A stretch of 64,000 bases of DNA from Oscillospiraceae bacterium (GCA_902782125.1 CACZMA010000003.1:87429-151428); one strand, 5' to 3'. Positions 21,439 through 32,238 are shown, numbered from the stretch's first letter. Numbers and translations are program-made. Notes: a model not told the origin generated them from the sequence alone.

Positions 21439-22566
21439 ATGTCTGCAAGAACAAAAGTTATAGTGGCAGGATGCGTATGCATCGACATCTCTCCCGAATT
21501 TCTCAGCGGAAGTGTCGCGGAGATCGGAGATCTGCTCAAGCCGGGAAAACTTATAGAGGCCGGCAAGGCGACCATCTCTCCCGGAGGCGCCGTCTCCAAT
21601 ACGGGACTGGCTCTTAAGGCTCTCGGTGAGGATGTTGTATTGATGGCCAGGATCGGCGATGACCTCCTGGGCGATACATTGTCCGGAATATTGTCGAGAT
21701 ACGGAGTAAACGACCTCATGATCCGCGCATCAGGCGAGGACACTGCCTATTCGGTCGTGCTCGCTGTCCCCGGCATAGACAGGATCTTCATTCACAATTC
21801 CGGAGCAAATCACACTTTCTGTGCAGACGATGTGCCTCAGGAAGGACTCGAGAATGCCGCGATCTTCCACTTCGGTTATCCCCCTCTCATGCGGACCATG
21901 TACACGGACGGCGGTGCTGAGCTGGTAAAGGTCATGACAAAGGCAAAGGACGCGGGATGCATAACGTCGCTCGACATGGCAATGGCAGATCCCGAATCCG
22001 AAGCAGGTCAGATCGACTGGCCTTCCATCCTGAAGAAGGTACTTCCCCTGACAGATATCTTCGTTCCGAGCTTCGAAGAACTCATGTTCATGCTGGACCG
22101 TGACGGATATGACAGGCTTAAGGCGGAAGCCGGGAACGGTGATATAACAGACATCATAGATCTTGACAAGGATATAAAGCCGCTTGCGGACAAGTGCATG
22201 GCGATGGGGACGAAGGTACTCCTCCTCAAATGCGGAGTGCCGGGTCTGTATCTCAGGACTGCGGACAAAGACAGCCTGTCGGCGATCGCGGAGATGACCG
22301 GGATCGATGCCGCCGGGTGGAGCGGAAAAGATGTTTTCGAGAGATCGTATGTTGCCGAGAGAGTCGTATCTGCGACAGGCGCTGGAGACACGAGCATAGC
22401 AGGGTTCCTGGCCGGCATGCTTCACGGAGAGTCCGCCGAAGACTGCCTGCACATAGCTGCTGCAGCGGGAGCTCTCAGCGTAACGGAATATGCCGCCGTA
22501 AGCGCACTGATGCCGCTGGCGGATATTAAGGCAAAGATCGAGAGCGGCTGGGATAAGATCGGTTAA
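21439..22566 (+). CDS. PfkB-family carbohydrate kinase
   Basis: GGAVSNTG N-terminal signature, SATGAGDT anion-hole motif. ATG 21439 after AGGAG. Confidence 0.88.
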   Translation: MSARTKVIVAGCVCIDISPEFLSGSVAEIGDLLKPGKLIEAGKATISPGGAVSNTGLALKALGEDVVLMARIGDDLLGDTLSGILSRYGVNDLMIRASGEDTAYSVVLAVPGIDRIFIHNSGANHTFCADDVPQEGLENAAIFHFGYPPLMRTMYTDGGAELVKVMTKAKDAGCITSLDMAMADPESEAGQIDWPSILKKVLPLTDIFVPSFEELMFMLDRDGYDRLKAEAGNGDITDIIDLDKDIKPLADKCMAMGTKVLLLKCGVPGLYLRTADKDSLSAIAEMTGIDAAGWSGKDVFERSYVAERVVSATGAGDTSIAGFLAGMLHGESAEDCLHIAAAAGALSVTEYAAVSALMPLADIKAKIESGWDKIG

Positions 22567-24263
22567 GCGCCGAACTTGCGGTATCTCTGATATCTTGCTT
22601 CGCAGAGAGCGCTGCTGTCGAATACGAGATTAGCCTTGATGAATTCCGTCAGTCCGTTCTTGATGCGTGAAGTTACCGATCCGAGGTTCTCTTCCTTGAG
22701 GTCCTCAGGCTCGTCGATGACTTTCTCGACTATCCCGAGATCCAGCATGTCCTTCGCGGTAAGCTTCATCTCAGAAGCGGCTTCGTTAGCCCTCTTGGAA
22801 TCCTTCCAGAGGATCGAAGCATAACCTTCGGGTGACAATATCGCATAGATGGAATTCTCGAGCATCCAGATCTGGTCTGACACAGCCAGTGCGAGTGCTC
22901 CGCCGGAACCTGCCTCGCTGATGATCACTGACAGTACGGGGACCTTGAGGGAAGACATCTCATAGAGGTTCCTCGCGATGGCTTCACCCTGTCCTCTCTC
23001 CTCAGCTTCCAGTCCGCAGTATGCACCTGGTGTGTCAACGAAACATATAACCGGACGGCCGAACTTCTCTGCCTGCTTCATGAGACGAAGTGCTTTGCGG
23101 TATCCGTCGGGAGAAGGCATGCCGAAGTTCCTTACGACATTCTCCTTTGTATCGTGTCCCTTGGACTCTGCGATGACGGTCACGGTGTGTCCTCCGAAGG
23201 TCGCGATGCCTCCCATGATAGCCTGATCGTCTCTAACATAACGGTCACCGTGGAACTCGATAAAATCAGGGAAGATATCTTCGATGTAATCTTCTGCAAC
23301 AGGTCTGTCCTTACCCCTGGAGATCATTACCTTATCCCAGGGCGTGAGCTTGCCTGACTTCTTGGCAATCTTCTCTTCCTTGTACTTAACTTCCTTGAAC
23401 TCACCCTTGTTCTCGTGCATGGCAAGGATGCGCCCGATGTATTCCTTCATGTCGGATCTTGAGACGATGTCATCGACGAAGCCGTGCTCCTTGAGATATT
23501 CGCTTCTCTGGAATCCCTCGGGAAGCTTCTGGCCGATGGTCTGCTCGATGACTCTGGGACCTGCAAAACCTATCAGCGCTTCAGGCTCTGCGAGGATGAT
23601 GTCTCCCAGCATCGCAAAGCTTGCGGTGACTCCGCCGGTGGTAGGGTCCGTAAGGACTGTTATGTAAAGAAGACCTGCATCGGAATGCCTCTTAAGTGCT
23701 GCCGATGTCTTTGCCATCTGCATCAGAGACACGATGCCTTCCTGCATCCTCGCGCCGCCAGATGCCGTGAAGATTATCACGGGGAGCTTCTGTTCGGTCG
23801 CCTTCTCCACCATTCTCGTTATCTTCTCGCCGACGACTTCACCCATGGAAGCCATCATGAAGCGGCAGTCCATCACCGCGATCGCAGCCTGAGAACCGTC
23901 GATCAAACACTTACCCGTAACAACAGCCTCATCGAGACCGGTCTTGTCACGGAGCTTTGCAAGCTTGTCTTCATATCCGGGAGTGCCTAAGGGATTAGTC
24001 TCCCTGATGTCGGTATCCCACTCCTCAAAAGTTCCTTCATCCGCCATCATGGCGATCCTGGTGCTCGCATACATGCGGAAGTAATTGCCGCACGAAGGAC
24101 ATACAAAAAGATCCTTGCGGAGCTCTTCGGAGAAGATGGTCTCGCCGCATCTTGCGCACTTATGGAAAAGGCCCTGGGGAGCGGAAGGGATCTGCTCCTC
24201 GTTCTTGTTCTCGGGTTCTGATGATGTTGTCTGTGTCTTCTTAAAAAGGTAACGAAGTTCCAT
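22563..24263 (-). CDS. accDA: Acetyl-CoA carboxylase carboxyltransferase, fused beta (AccD) + alpha (AccA)
   Basis: CARC...CPSC zinc finger, SGGARMQEG and [10 protein letters not shown] (AccD), followed in frame by DTPGAY and [10 protein letters not shown] (AccA). Confidence 0.93.
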   Translation of the reverse strand: MELRYLFKKTQTTSSEPENKNEEQIPSAPQGLFHKCARCGETIFSEELRKDLFVCPSCGNYFRMYASTRIAMMADEGTFEEWDTDIRETNPLGTPGYEDKLAKLRDKTGLDEAVVTGKCLIDGSQAAIAVMDCRFMMASMGEVVGEKITRMVEKATEQKLPVIIFTASGGARMQEGIVSLMQMAKTSAALKRHSDAGLLYITVLTDPTTGGVTASFAMLGDIILAEPEALIGFAGPRVIEQTIGQKLPEGFQRSEYLKEHGFVDDIVSRSDMKEYIGRILAMHENKGEFKEVKYKEEKIAKKSGKLTPWDKVMISRGKDRPVAEDYIEDIFPDFIEFHGDRYVRDDQAIMGGIATFGGHTVTVIAESKGHDTKENVVRNFGMPSPDGYRKALRLMKQAEKFGRPVICFVDTPGAYCGLEAEERGQGEAIARNLYEMSSLKVPVLSVIISEAGSGGALALAVSDQIWMLENSIYAILSPEGYASILWKDSKRANEAASEMKLTAKDMLDLGIVEKVIDEPEDLKEENLGSVTSRIKNGLTEFIKANLVFDSSALCEARYQRYRKFGA

Positions 24264-24266
24264 ATC

Positions 24267-25610
24267 TTACTTCCTGGAATGCTTGTCTATAAAATCGATA
24301 TCTGTGTTGCCTTCAACAAAATCCTTATCGGTAAGGATCCCGTACTGATAGTCAACATTGGTCTTTATGCCGGTAATGATGACTTCGCCGAGAGCAGTCT
24401 GCGCCTTCCTGATGGCTTCTTCCCTGGTCGGTGCCCATACCGATAACTTGGCGAGCATCGAATCATAGTAAGGCGGGATCTCGAGTCCGCTGTATACCGC
24501 GGAATCAATCCTTACTCCCTTGCCTCCGGGAAGATAAACGGACTCTATCTTGCCGGGGCACGGTCTGAACTTGTGCTCGGGATCTTCTGCGTTGATCCTC
24601 ACTTCGATCGAGTGGCCGTTCAGCGTGATATCGTCCTGTGTGTATTCGAGCTTCTCGCCCGAAGCGATCCTGATCTGCTCTTTGATGAGGTCTATTCCCG
24701 TGACCCACTCCGTAATCGGATGCTCTACCTGGATCCTGGTATTCATCTCCATGAAGTAGAATTTGCCGCTCGGTTCGAGAAGGAACTCACAGGTTCCGGC
24801 ATTCTCGTAATTGACTGCCTTTGCCGCCCTTACCGCAGCCTCGCAGATCTCCCTGCGCTTGTCTTCCGTAAGGACCTCACACGGGGTCTCTTCGATGAGC
24901 TTCTGGTGGTTCCTCTGGATGGAGCAGTCACGCTCTCCAAGGTGGATTACATTGCCGAACTTATCCGCAAGGATCTGGACCTCGATGTGCTTGGGGTGCT
25001 CGACGTAATGCTCGATGTACATCGAGTCGTCACCGAAAGCATTCTTTGCCTCCGACTGAGCCGTAAGGAAAGCAGCTTCGAATGCCTCACTGCTCTTCGC
25101 GACTCTCATGCCCTTGCCGCCGCCTCCGAGTGAAGCCTTGATCATGACAGGGTATGTCGCGATGTCTGCCAGTCTTAATCCGTCAGATACGGACGTAACG
25201 GCCTCAGCGCTTCCCGGGATCGTCGGAACGCCTGCATCCATCATGGTCTTCTTGGCCTGGGCCTTGTTGCCGGATGCCGCGATCATGTCGGATGTGGGTC
25301 CGATGAAGGTTATGTTGCATCGCTCGCAGATGCGGGCGAATTTCGCGTCCTCGGAGAGGAATCCGAAGCCCGGATGTATGGCGTCAGCGCCGGAAGTGAT
25401 CGTCGCGGAGATGATCCTTCCGATATTGAGATAGCTCTCTGAGGAAGGTGCGGGACCGATGCAGATCGTCTGGTCTGCGAGCATCGCATGAAGGGCATTC
25501 CTGTCCGCCTCGGAACATACTGCAACAGTCTCGATGCCCATCTCACGGCACGCTCTGATGATGCGGACCGCGATCTCTCCCCTGTTTGCTATCAGTACTT
25601 TCTTTATCAT
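24267..25610 (-). CDS. accC: Biotin carboxylase
   Basis: ANRGEIA, HPGFGFLSE, ERDCSIQR, EMNTRIQVEH, YYDSML. Confidence 0.97.
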   Translation of the reverse strand: MIKKVLIANRGEIAVRIIRACREMGIETVAVCSEADRNALHAMLADQTICIGPAPSSESYLNIGRIISATITSGADAIHPGFGFLSEDAKFARICERCNITFIGPTSDMIAASGNKAQAKKTMMDAGVPTIPGSAEAVTSVSDGLRLADIATYPVMIKASLGGGGKGMRVAKSSEAFEAAFLTAQSEAKNAFGDDSMYIEHYVEHPKHIEVQILADKFGNVIHLGERDCSIQRNHQKLIEETPCEVLTEDKRREICEAAVRAAKAVNYENAGTCEFLLEPSGKFYFMEMNTRIQVEHPITEWVTGIDLIKEQIRIASGEKLEYTQDDITLNGHSIEVRINAEDPEHKFRPCPGKIESVYLPGGKGVRIDSAVYSGLEIPPYYDSMLAKLSVWAPTREEAIRKAQTALGEVIITGIKTNVDYQYGILTDKDFVEGNTDIDFIDKHSRK

Positions 25611-25625
25611 CTTAGTTGCCTTCGC

Positions 25626-26060
25626 TTACTGAAGGATCGCAAACTTCAGGATCGTCTGTACTGCGACCTTGCCGTCTACCGTAGCGATGCCCTCGCCGAT
25701 ACCGACGGGACCTCTTACGGCAGTGATCTTTGTCTCAAGCCTTACCGTATCACCGGGTACGATGGCCTTCTTGAACTTGCACTTGTCGATGCCTGCGAAA
25801 ACAGCGATCTTACCCTTGAACTCTTCCTGGGAGAGGATGGCAACGGCGCCTGCCTGGGCAAGAGCCTCTACCGTGATAACGCCCGGAACGATTGGCATCT
25901 CGGGGAAGTGTCCTCTGAAGAAATACTCGTCGTAGGTAAAGTTCTTGTAAGCTACTGCATATTCACCCGGGACATAATCCTCGACTCTGTCGATGAGGAG
26001 GAAAGGATGTCTGTGGGGAATGATCTTCATGATCTCCTGTGTTGTAAGTGCGTTTGCCAT
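25626..26060 (-). CDS. fabZ: 3-hydroxyacyl-ACP dehydratase
   Basis: IPHRHPFLLID, GHFPEMPIVPGV, EALAQ. Start ATG 26060. Confidence 0.95.
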   Translation of the reverse strand: MANALTTQEIMKIIPHRHPFLLIDRVEDYVPGEYAVAYKNFTYDEYFFRGHFPEMPIVPGVITVEALAQAGAVAILSQEEFKGKIAVFAGIDKCKFKKAIVPGDTVRLETKITAVRGPVGIGEGIATVDGKVAVQTILKFAILQ

Positions 26061-26076
26061 GAGTATTTCTCCTTTA

Positions 26077-26568
26077 TCAATTGATCTTGAAGAGGGGCTG
26101 TCCGAATTCAACGGGCGCTCCGTTATCAACAAGTATGTCTGCAACAGTACCGTCGCAGTCGGACTCGATCTCGTTCATCATCTTCATTGCTTCGACGATG
26201 GCGAGGACCTGTCCCTTCTTTACCCTGTCGCCGATCTTTACAAAAGGCTCGGCATCCTGCGCGGGTGCTGCATAGAATGTTCCGACGAGAGGTGACTTGA
26301 TGACGAAAGCCTCGTCTTCTTCGTCTTCGGCGCCGGAAGCTGCTTCTGCAGCGGTAGCCATTGCCATCGATATATCAGGCATCGAGAGGGCAACAGGTGC
26401 ATTTGCGGGTGCTGCCTGATAAATGCCCGTGGTCCTGTTCGAGTGCAGTGTTATGGAGAAATCTCCCTCCTTGTAATCGAAGCTCTCAAGACCTGATTCC
26501 GATACGGCCTTGATAAGGGTAGTCATGTCATCTAAGGACAGTCCCGTGCGTGTATTCTTCTCTGCCAT
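26077..26568 (-). CDS. accB: Biotin carboxyl carrier protein
   Basis: SPLVGTFY and EAMKMMNEI biotinylation motif. Confidence 0.96.
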   Translation of the reverse strand: MAEKNTRTGLSLDDMTTLIKAVSESGLESFDYKEGDFSITLHSNRTTGIYQAAPANAPVALSMPDISMAMATAAEAASGAEDEEDEAFVIKSPLVGTFYAAPAQDAEPFVKIGDRVKKGQVLAIVEAMKMMNEIESDCDGTVADILVDNGAPVEFGQPLFKIN

Positions 26569-26580
26569 TTGCCTTCCTCC

Positions 26581-27831
26581 TTACTCTTCGAATCTCTTTA
26601 CGATGAGGGATGCGTTGTGTCCGCCGAATCCGAGGTTGTTTGTCATCGCATATCTGATCTGTCTTTCCTTCGGTTCGAAGAATGTGTAGTCGAGATCCAT
26701 CTCTCCCTCACTCTCCTTCGATCCTGCCGTAACGTGTACGAACGAATCCTGGATGGCCTTTACGCATACGATTAGCTCGATGCCGCCGGCACCGCCGAGG
26801 AGGTGGCCCGTCATAGACTTGGTCGAGTTGATGGAGATGTTCCTGATGTCTTCGTGGAACGCATACTTCATCGCTCTTGTCTCGAAGAGGTCATTGTGAT
26901 GCGTGGACGTTCCGTGTGCGTTGATGTAATCGATCTGCGAAGGCTCGATGCCTGCTTCCTTCATGGCAATGATCATCGCCATGCCTGCACCGGAACCGTC
27001 TTCTGCAGGAGAAGTGATGTGATATGCATCGCATGTCGCACCGTAACCTGCAACTTCGCAGTAGATCTTCGCGCCCCTTGCCTTGGCATGCTCATACTCT
27101 TCGAGGACGACAACACCTGAACCTTCACCGATGACAAAGCCATCTCTGTCCTTATCGAAAGGTCTCGATGCCGTCTCGGGATCGTCGTTCATGGACAGAG
27201 CCGTAAGTGCGGTGAATCCCTGAACGCCGGAGGGGCATACTGCAGCCTCGCAGCCGCCTGTCACCATAACATCGGCATCGCCGTACTTGATCGCCTTGAA
27301 AGCATCTCCGATGGAATGAGCGCCTGTGGCACAAGCCGTAACGATACATGTGTTGATGCCCTGCATTCCATATTTGATGGCAATGTTTGCCGATGCCATG
27401 TTGGCGATCATCATCGGAATATAAAGAGGTGCGATCTTGCCGCTTCTCTCGAACTTGATCTGCTCTCTCTCGTGTGCCTGCATGGAACCTACGCCGGAGC
27501 TTACGATAACGCCGTATCTGTAGGGATCTTCCATTACCACCTTGCCGTCTTCGCCTATCTGAAGACCTGCATCTCTGAGGGCTTCATCTGCAGCGGCGAT
27601 CGCGAAATGGCAGAACTCCTCCATTCTCTTCGCGGTCTTGAAATCCATATAAGCCTTAGGGTCGAAGTCTCTGACTTCACCTGCGAGCTTAACCTTGAAA
27701 TTCGTTGTGTCGAACTTCGTGATAGGGCCGATGCCGGTCTTGCCGCGCTTCAATCCCTGCCAGAAATCATTAACGTTGTTTCCGAGCGGGGTAACTGCGC
27801 CCATACCTGTTATTACGACTCTTCTTGACAT
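26581..27831 (-). CDS. fabF: 3-oxoacyl-ACP synthase II
   Basis: VVITGMG, TACATG, NAHGTST, GHLLG, GFGGHN. Confidence 0.96.
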   Translation of the reverse strand: MSRRVVITGMGAVTPLGNNVNDFWQGLKRGKTGIGPITKFDTTNFKVKLAGEVRDFDPKAYMDFKTAKRMEEFCHFAIAAADEALRDAGLQIGEDGKVVMEDPYRYGVIVSSGVGSMQAHEREQIKFERSGKIAPLYIPMMIANMASANIAIKYGMQGINTCIVTACATGAHSIGDAFKAIKYGDADVMVTGGCEAAVCPSGVQGFTALTALSMNDDPETASRPFDKDRDGFVIGEGSGVVVLEEYEHAKARGAKIYCEVAGYGATCDAYHITSPAEDGSGAGMAMIIAMKEAGIEPSQIDYINAHGTSTHHNDLFETRAMKYAFHEDIRNISINSTKSMTGHLLGGAGGIELIVCVKAIQDSFVHVTAGSKESEGEMDLDYTFFEPKERQIRYAMTNNLGFGGHNASLIVKRFEE

Positions 27832-27855
27832 CTGCTTTATCTCCTTTTGTTCTTT

Positions 27856-28602
27856 TTACATATGCATTCCGCCGTCGACGGAGAGGACCTGACCCGTGAT
27901 GTACGAAGCATCATCAGAGCAGAGGAATCCTACCGCTGCCGCGATATCTTCCGGCTGTCCGTAACGCTTGAGCGGGATGAGTTCAAAAAGACCTTCCTTC
28001 TGTTTGTCGGTGAGGACGGCAGTCATGGAAGTCTCGACGAATCCGGGAGCGACTGCATTGAATGTGATATTCCTTGAAGCGAACTCTCTGGCGCATGATT
28101 TTGTCATGCCGATGATCCCGGCTTTGGATGCGGAATAGTTTGCCTGTCCTGCGTTGCCCTGAAGACCTACGATGGAAGAGATATTAACTACTCTTCCTTC
28201 CCTCTTCTTCATCATTACGGGCGTGCAGTGCTTGATGAAATTGAATGTACCCTTGAGGTTGACCGAGATAACGGAATCGAAGTTCTCTTCACTCATCTTG
28301 AGCATCAGTCCGTCTCTTGTGATGCCTGCATTGTTGACGAGGATATAGATTCCTCCGAAGTCTTCTACGATCTTTGCAACGGTCTCGCCGACCTTGTCAA
28401 AATCAGCTACATCGCACTGATATGCTTTTGCATCTACGCCAAGAGCCTTGACTTCGTTAACCGCGTCTTCGTTCTTCTCCGGTGCGGATGAAGCGACCAT
28501 CGCGACGTTATATCCGTTCTTCGCGAGCCTTTTTGCGATAGCAAGACCGATGCCTCTTGAAGCACCTGTTACTACCGCTGTTTTTCTCTCTGTGTCTGAC
28601 AT
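27856..28602 (-). CDS. fabG: 3-oxoacyl-ACP reductase
   Basis: TGASRGIG, NNAGITRD, YSASK; lies within the fab operon. Confidence 0.96.
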   Translation of the reverse strand: MSDTERKTAVVTGASRGIGLAIAKRLAKNGYNVAMVASSAPEKNEDAVNEVKALGVDAKAYQCDVADFDKVGETVAKIVEDFGGIYILVNNAGITRDGLMLKMSEENFDSVISVNLKGTFNFIKHCTPVMMKKREGRVVNISSIVGLQGNAGQANYSASKAGIIGMTKSCAREFASRNITFNAVAPGFVETSMTAVLTDKQKEGLFELIPLKRYGQPEDIAAAVGFLCSDDASYITGQVLSVDGGMHM

Positions 28603-28617
28603 TTTAAGTCTCCTTTA

Positions 28618-29535
28618 TCACCCTATTGTCTGAAGCAGTTTCTCTATGTCTTCAGGTGTTGATACACCGATAACTTTTATCCCGGGAACCGTCTTCCTTA
28701 CGAAGCCTGCGATCGTCCTTCCGGGTCCGACTTCGATGATCGTATCGACGCCCGCCTTCTCCAGTTCATACAGTGTCTGCTCCCACATGACGGGGCTAGA
28801 TACCTGAGCCTGAAGAAGATCTTTGATCTTATCCTTGTCCGTGACAGGAGTCGCATTAACGTTGGGAATGTAAGGCAGTTGAAGATCCTTGAATTCCACA
28901 CTCTCAAGTTCCTTGCCGAGCTCTGCTCCCGCACCTTCAAGAAGAGGTGAATGGAACGGACCCGAGACATTGAGTTCGACTACCTTCTTGGCACCTGCTT
29001 CGGTGCAGAGAGGCATGGCTTCCTGCACGGCTTCCTTCCTGCCTGTGATGACTATCTGTCCGGGGCAGTTGAAATTCGCAGGCCATACGCCCTCGATCTT
29101 GTCCGTTATCGACTCGACTGTCTCCTTATCAAGACCGATGACTGCTGCCATGGAGCCTTGCCCTGTGGGAACCGCATTCGACATGAGGCGTCCTCTTACT
29201 CTTGTAAGAGCCACGGCATCCCTGAAGCTCAGGGCGCCTGCCGCATAGAGGCTGCAGTACTCGCCGAGTGAGAGGCCTGCCGTGATGTCAGGCTTGATCC
29301 CTGCTTTGAGAAGAGCATCAGTGATGATGCAGCATGCCGTAACGAGAGCAGGCTGTGTGAACTCCGTGATGTTGATGTCTTCGTTGGGTTCGAACAGGAG
29401 CTTGTTCATATCGATGCCGGAAGCATCAGATGCTTCTGCGATCATGTCCTTATAGCAGACTTCGGACTTAACGAATCCTTCGGCCATTCCTACCTGCTGT
29501 ACGCCCTGTCCCGGATAGCAAAAAGCGATCTTCAT
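28618..29535 (-). CDS. fabD: Malonyl-CoA:ACP transacylase
   Basis: PGQG, TQPAL, GLSLGE, SGPFHS, EVGPG. Confidence 0.96.
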   Translation of the reverse strand: MKIAFCYPGQGVQQVGMAEGFVKSEVCYKDMIAEASDASGIDMNKLLFEPNEDINITEFTQPALVTACCIITDALLKAGIKPDITAGLSLGEYCSLYAAGALSFRDAVALTRVRGRLMSNAVPTGQGSMAAVIGLDKETVESITDKIEGVWPANFNCPGQIVITGRKEAVQEAMPLCTEAGAKKVVELNVSGPFHSPLLEGAGAELGKELESVEFKDLQLPYIPNVNATPVTDKDKIKDLLQAQVSSPVMWEQTLYELEKAGVDTIIEVGPGRTIAGFVRKTVPGIKVIGVSTPEDIEKLLQTIG

Positions 29536-29536
29536 A

Positions 29537-30469
29537 TCAGACTTCCAACTTTCTTCCGAGGAGTTCGTCTGCCTGTGTGAACATATCCTCTATGATCTTA
29601 GCTGCAGGTCTCTGCTCCTTGATCATTCCGGAGATCTGTCCTGCCATGAACGTACCGTCCTTGGTATCGCCGTCTACTACTGCTCTTCTGAGCGAACCAA
29701 CCGTGAACTGCTCGAGCTCATCAAGGCCTGCGCCCTTTGCTTCGAGCTCAAGGTATTTCTTTGTGAGCTGGTTCCTGATCTGACGAACGGGATGACCTGT
29801 GGATCTTCCCGTAACCTTTGTAGATGTATCGTTTGCCTTGAGGATCATGTCCTTATAGTTCTGGTGGATATTTGCTTCGTCGCAGGCGCAGAATACCGTT
29901 CCGCACTGAACTGCCTCGGCGCCGAGCATGAATGCCGCTGCCACACCTCTGCCGTCAGCGATACCGCCTGCTGCAACAACAGGGATCTTGACTGCATCAA
30001 CGACCTGGGGAACCAGTGTCATCGTTGTAGCCTCACCGATGTGTCCGCCTGACTCCGTACCTTCCGCAACGACGGCGTCAGCACCGCATCTCTCCATTCT
30101 GATGGCATATGCGACGGATGCGATTACAGGGATTACGATGATGCCTGCATTCTTCCACATCTCCATGTATTTCTCCGGAGAACCTGCACCGGTCGTAACG
30201 ACCTTGACCTTCTCCTCTGCGAGTACTTCTGCGATCTGGGGAGCTCTCGGATTCATGAGCATGAGGTTAACGCCGAAGGGCTTGTCCGTAGCTTCTCTGC
30301 ACTTGTGGATCTGATCTCTTACCCAGACCTCGTCTGCGCCGCCGCATCCGATAAGTCCGAGACCGCCTGCGTTGCTTACTGCTGCCGCAATGTGGTAATC
30401 AGCTACCCAGGCCATTCCGCCCTGGATGATGGGGTACTTAATTCCGATTAAATCCGTGATCCTTGTCAT
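29537..30469 (-). CDS. fabK: Enoyl-ACP reductase II (FMN-dependent)
   Basis: PIIQGGMAW, ESGGHIG, AAGGIADGRG, FMAGQ. Confidence 0.94.
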   Translation of the reverse strand: MTRITDLIGIKYPIIQGGMAWVADYHIAAAVSNAGGLGLIGCGGADEVWVRDQIHKCREATDKPFGVNLMLMNPRAPQIAEVLAEEKVKVVTTGAGSPEKYMEMWKNAGIIVIPVIASVAYAIRMERCGADAVVAEGTESGGHIGEATTMTLVPQVVDAVKIPVVAAGGIADGRGVAAAFMLGAEAVQCGTVFCACDEANIHQNYKDMILKANDTSTKVTGRSTGHPVRQIRNQLTKKYLELEAKGAGLDELEQFTVGSLRRAVVDGDTKDGTFMAGQISGMIKEQRPAAKIIEDMFTQADELLGRKLEV

Positions 30470-30491
30470 CTTAAATCTCCTTTATATCTCA

Positions 30492-31466
30492 TTAGTATTC
30501 GATATAGTTTGCGTTCCATACGAGGCCTGCTCCGAAGCTGGCCATTACTATCTTCTGACCTCTTACGAGCTGACCCTTGTCATTCATCTCCTTGAGAAGG
30601 ATCGGGATGCTCGCAGAAGCGCAGTTGCCTGTGTTCATGATGTTCATCGGGAACTTCTCGATCGGCTGCTTCAGCTTCTTGGCAGTTGCCTCGATGATCC
30701 TCTGGTTTGCCTGGTGGAGGATGAAGTAGTCGATCCCGTCCAGCTCAAAACCGTACTTTGCGGACAGGTCCGTGATGATCTTCGGGACTTCCGTTATGGC
30801 GAACTTGAAGACTTCCCTTCCGTTCATGTTGAATCCGGTGAGCTTGTCGAAGCCCTCCTCGTCTTTGCGGTACGGCTGTCTTGCAGACTCGCAGTGAAGA
30901 CATACTCCTCTCTTGCCTGAAGACCTCATGATGAACTCATTGCGCTTGCCTTCTTCGGCCCTGACCACGGCACATCCTGCGCCGTCGCCAAAGAGGATGC
31001 AGGAGCTTCTGTCTGTCCAGTCCACAAAGTTAGAATTGCACTCTACGCCTGCGATGAGTGCCAGCTTTGCATTGCCTGTCTCTATGAAGCTCTCTACCGT
31101 GTTATATGCAGCGATAAAACCGGGGCATGCCGAATTGACATCGAAGCATCCGCAGTTCTCGGAAGCGCCGACCGCTTCCTGTATCGTTGTCGACATTGTG
31201 GGGAAGATCAGATCAGGCGTTGTCGACGCAGTTACTATGAGATCGATATCCTGCGGGTCTATGCCTGCAGCTTCGACTGCCTGCCTGGCAGCCTTGACGA
31301 CCATAGTAGAACACCTGTCCTTAGCAGGATCTGCTATGTGTCTCTGCTTGATACCGGACCTCTCCGTGATCCACTCATCGCTGGTATCCACCATCTTCGA
31401 CAGATCGTCGTTTGTGAGGATCTTCTCGGGAAGATATGAACCCAGACCTATGATCTTGCCAGTCAT
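30492..31466 (-). CDS. fabH: 3-oxoacyl-ACP synthase III
   Basis: DTSDEWI, SACPGF, LFGDGAG, HQAN, GNCASAS, FGAGL. Confidence 0.95.
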   Translation of the reverse strand: MTGKIIGLGSYLPEKILTNDDLSKMVDTSDEWITERSGIKQRHIADPAKDRCSTMVVKAARQAVEAAGIDPQDIDLIVTASTTPDLIFPTMSTTIQEAVGASENCGCFDVNSACPGFIAAYNTVESFIETGNAKLALIAGVECNSNFVDWTDRSSCILFGDGAGCAVVRAEEGKRNEFIMRSSGKRGVCLHCESARQPYRKDEEGFDKLTGFNMNGREVFKFAITEVPKIITDLSAKYGFELDGIDYFILHQANQRIIEATAKKLKQPIEKFPMNIMNTGNCASASIPILLKEMNDKGQLVRGQKIVMASFGAGLVWNANYIEY

Positions 31467-31502
31467 TAAAACACTCCTGATATAACCTGACAGTCCCGCA
31501 AA

Positions 31503-31538
31503 ATACTTTGACTATCAAAGGTTTGATAATCAAAGTAT
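31503..31538. promoter_or_regulatory. Two tandem FabT-type operator boxes upstream of fabH
   Basis: ACTTTGACTATCAAAGG (31505-31521) and GGTTTGATAATCAAAGT (31520-31536) fit the TTTGA-N3-TCAAA FabT pattern. Together they form a 36-bp near-palindrome. Confidence 0.75.
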
Positions 31539-31590
31539 CTCACAGACATGCAAAAAAGTCAAGTCAGAACAAGAGCGGTGGCACCCGGAC

Positions 31591-31989
31591 TCAGTACCAG
31601 TCCTCTATCCGTAAACCCTGTACTCGATTGAATTCTCTTGTATTGTGAGTAATGAGGACCGCATCTGAAGACCTGGCATGTGCGGCTATGAGCATATCCA
31701 TTCCGCCAATGATACGCCCTTCCTGCTTAAGCTGCTTTCTGATCTCACCATATGCATATGCGGCTTGATCGTCATAGGGAACGATATCTATTTTCAGCAG
31801 AAAGAAATTGAGAGCAGCCAGATTCTTCTCCCTGTTTGAAGAGTTCTCAACACCAAACATCAGCTCGGAAAGAGTTATGGCAGAGATGCAAAGAGAATCC
31901 TTGGGAGCAGATATGATGCGGTCTCTGATGTTAATGGAATTACCCTTCAGATAGTCGATGCAGACATTTGTATCAAGCATGTATCTCAT
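31591..31989 (-). CDS. vapC: VapC PIN-domain toxin
   Basis: YMLDTNVCI, ITLSEL, MDMLIAAHA, THNTREF; 132 aa. Overlaps the antitoxin stop. Confidence 0.93.
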   Translation of the reverse strand: MRYMLDTNVCIDYLKGNSINIRDRIISAPKDSLCISAITLSELMFGVENSSNREKNLAALNFFLLKIDIVPYDDQAAYAYGEIRKQLKQEGRIIGGMDMLIAAHARSSDAVLITHNTREFNRVQGLRIEDWY

Positions 31990-32219
31990 AGGTCTTCTCT
32001 GTCAGGCAACTCGTCCTGTTCTCTGCCAGATACCATGAAATCAACGGTAGCTGCGCCGAATGCTTCAAGCAGCAATCCGTCGACTTTGTCAGATGGAATG
32101 ATCATGACGATATCGCCGATCTTCTTGATGACAGCGCCTTTATCTGTATCAAACCTGCATTCCTTGGGCAATCGCACTGCCTGGCTGCCGCCGTTCTCAA
32201 AGAATCTTGCCTCGGTCAT
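31986..32219 (-). CDS. vapB: VapB antitoxin (AbrB/SpoVT-type)
   Basis: FENGGSQAVRLPKECRF. Start ATG 32219 after GGAGG. Confidence 0.9.
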   Translation of the reverse strand: MTEARFFENGGSQAVRLPKECRFDTDKGAVIKKIGDIVMIIPSDKVDGLLLEAFGAATVDFMVSGREQDELPDREDL

Positions 32220-32238
32220 AATGCACACCTCCGGATTG

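Noticed and set aside
21324-21743. N-terminal extension of the 508-aa glf ORF
   Set aside because: It overlaps the divergent PfkB gene. The FAD motif starts right after ATG 21323, which has an RBS.
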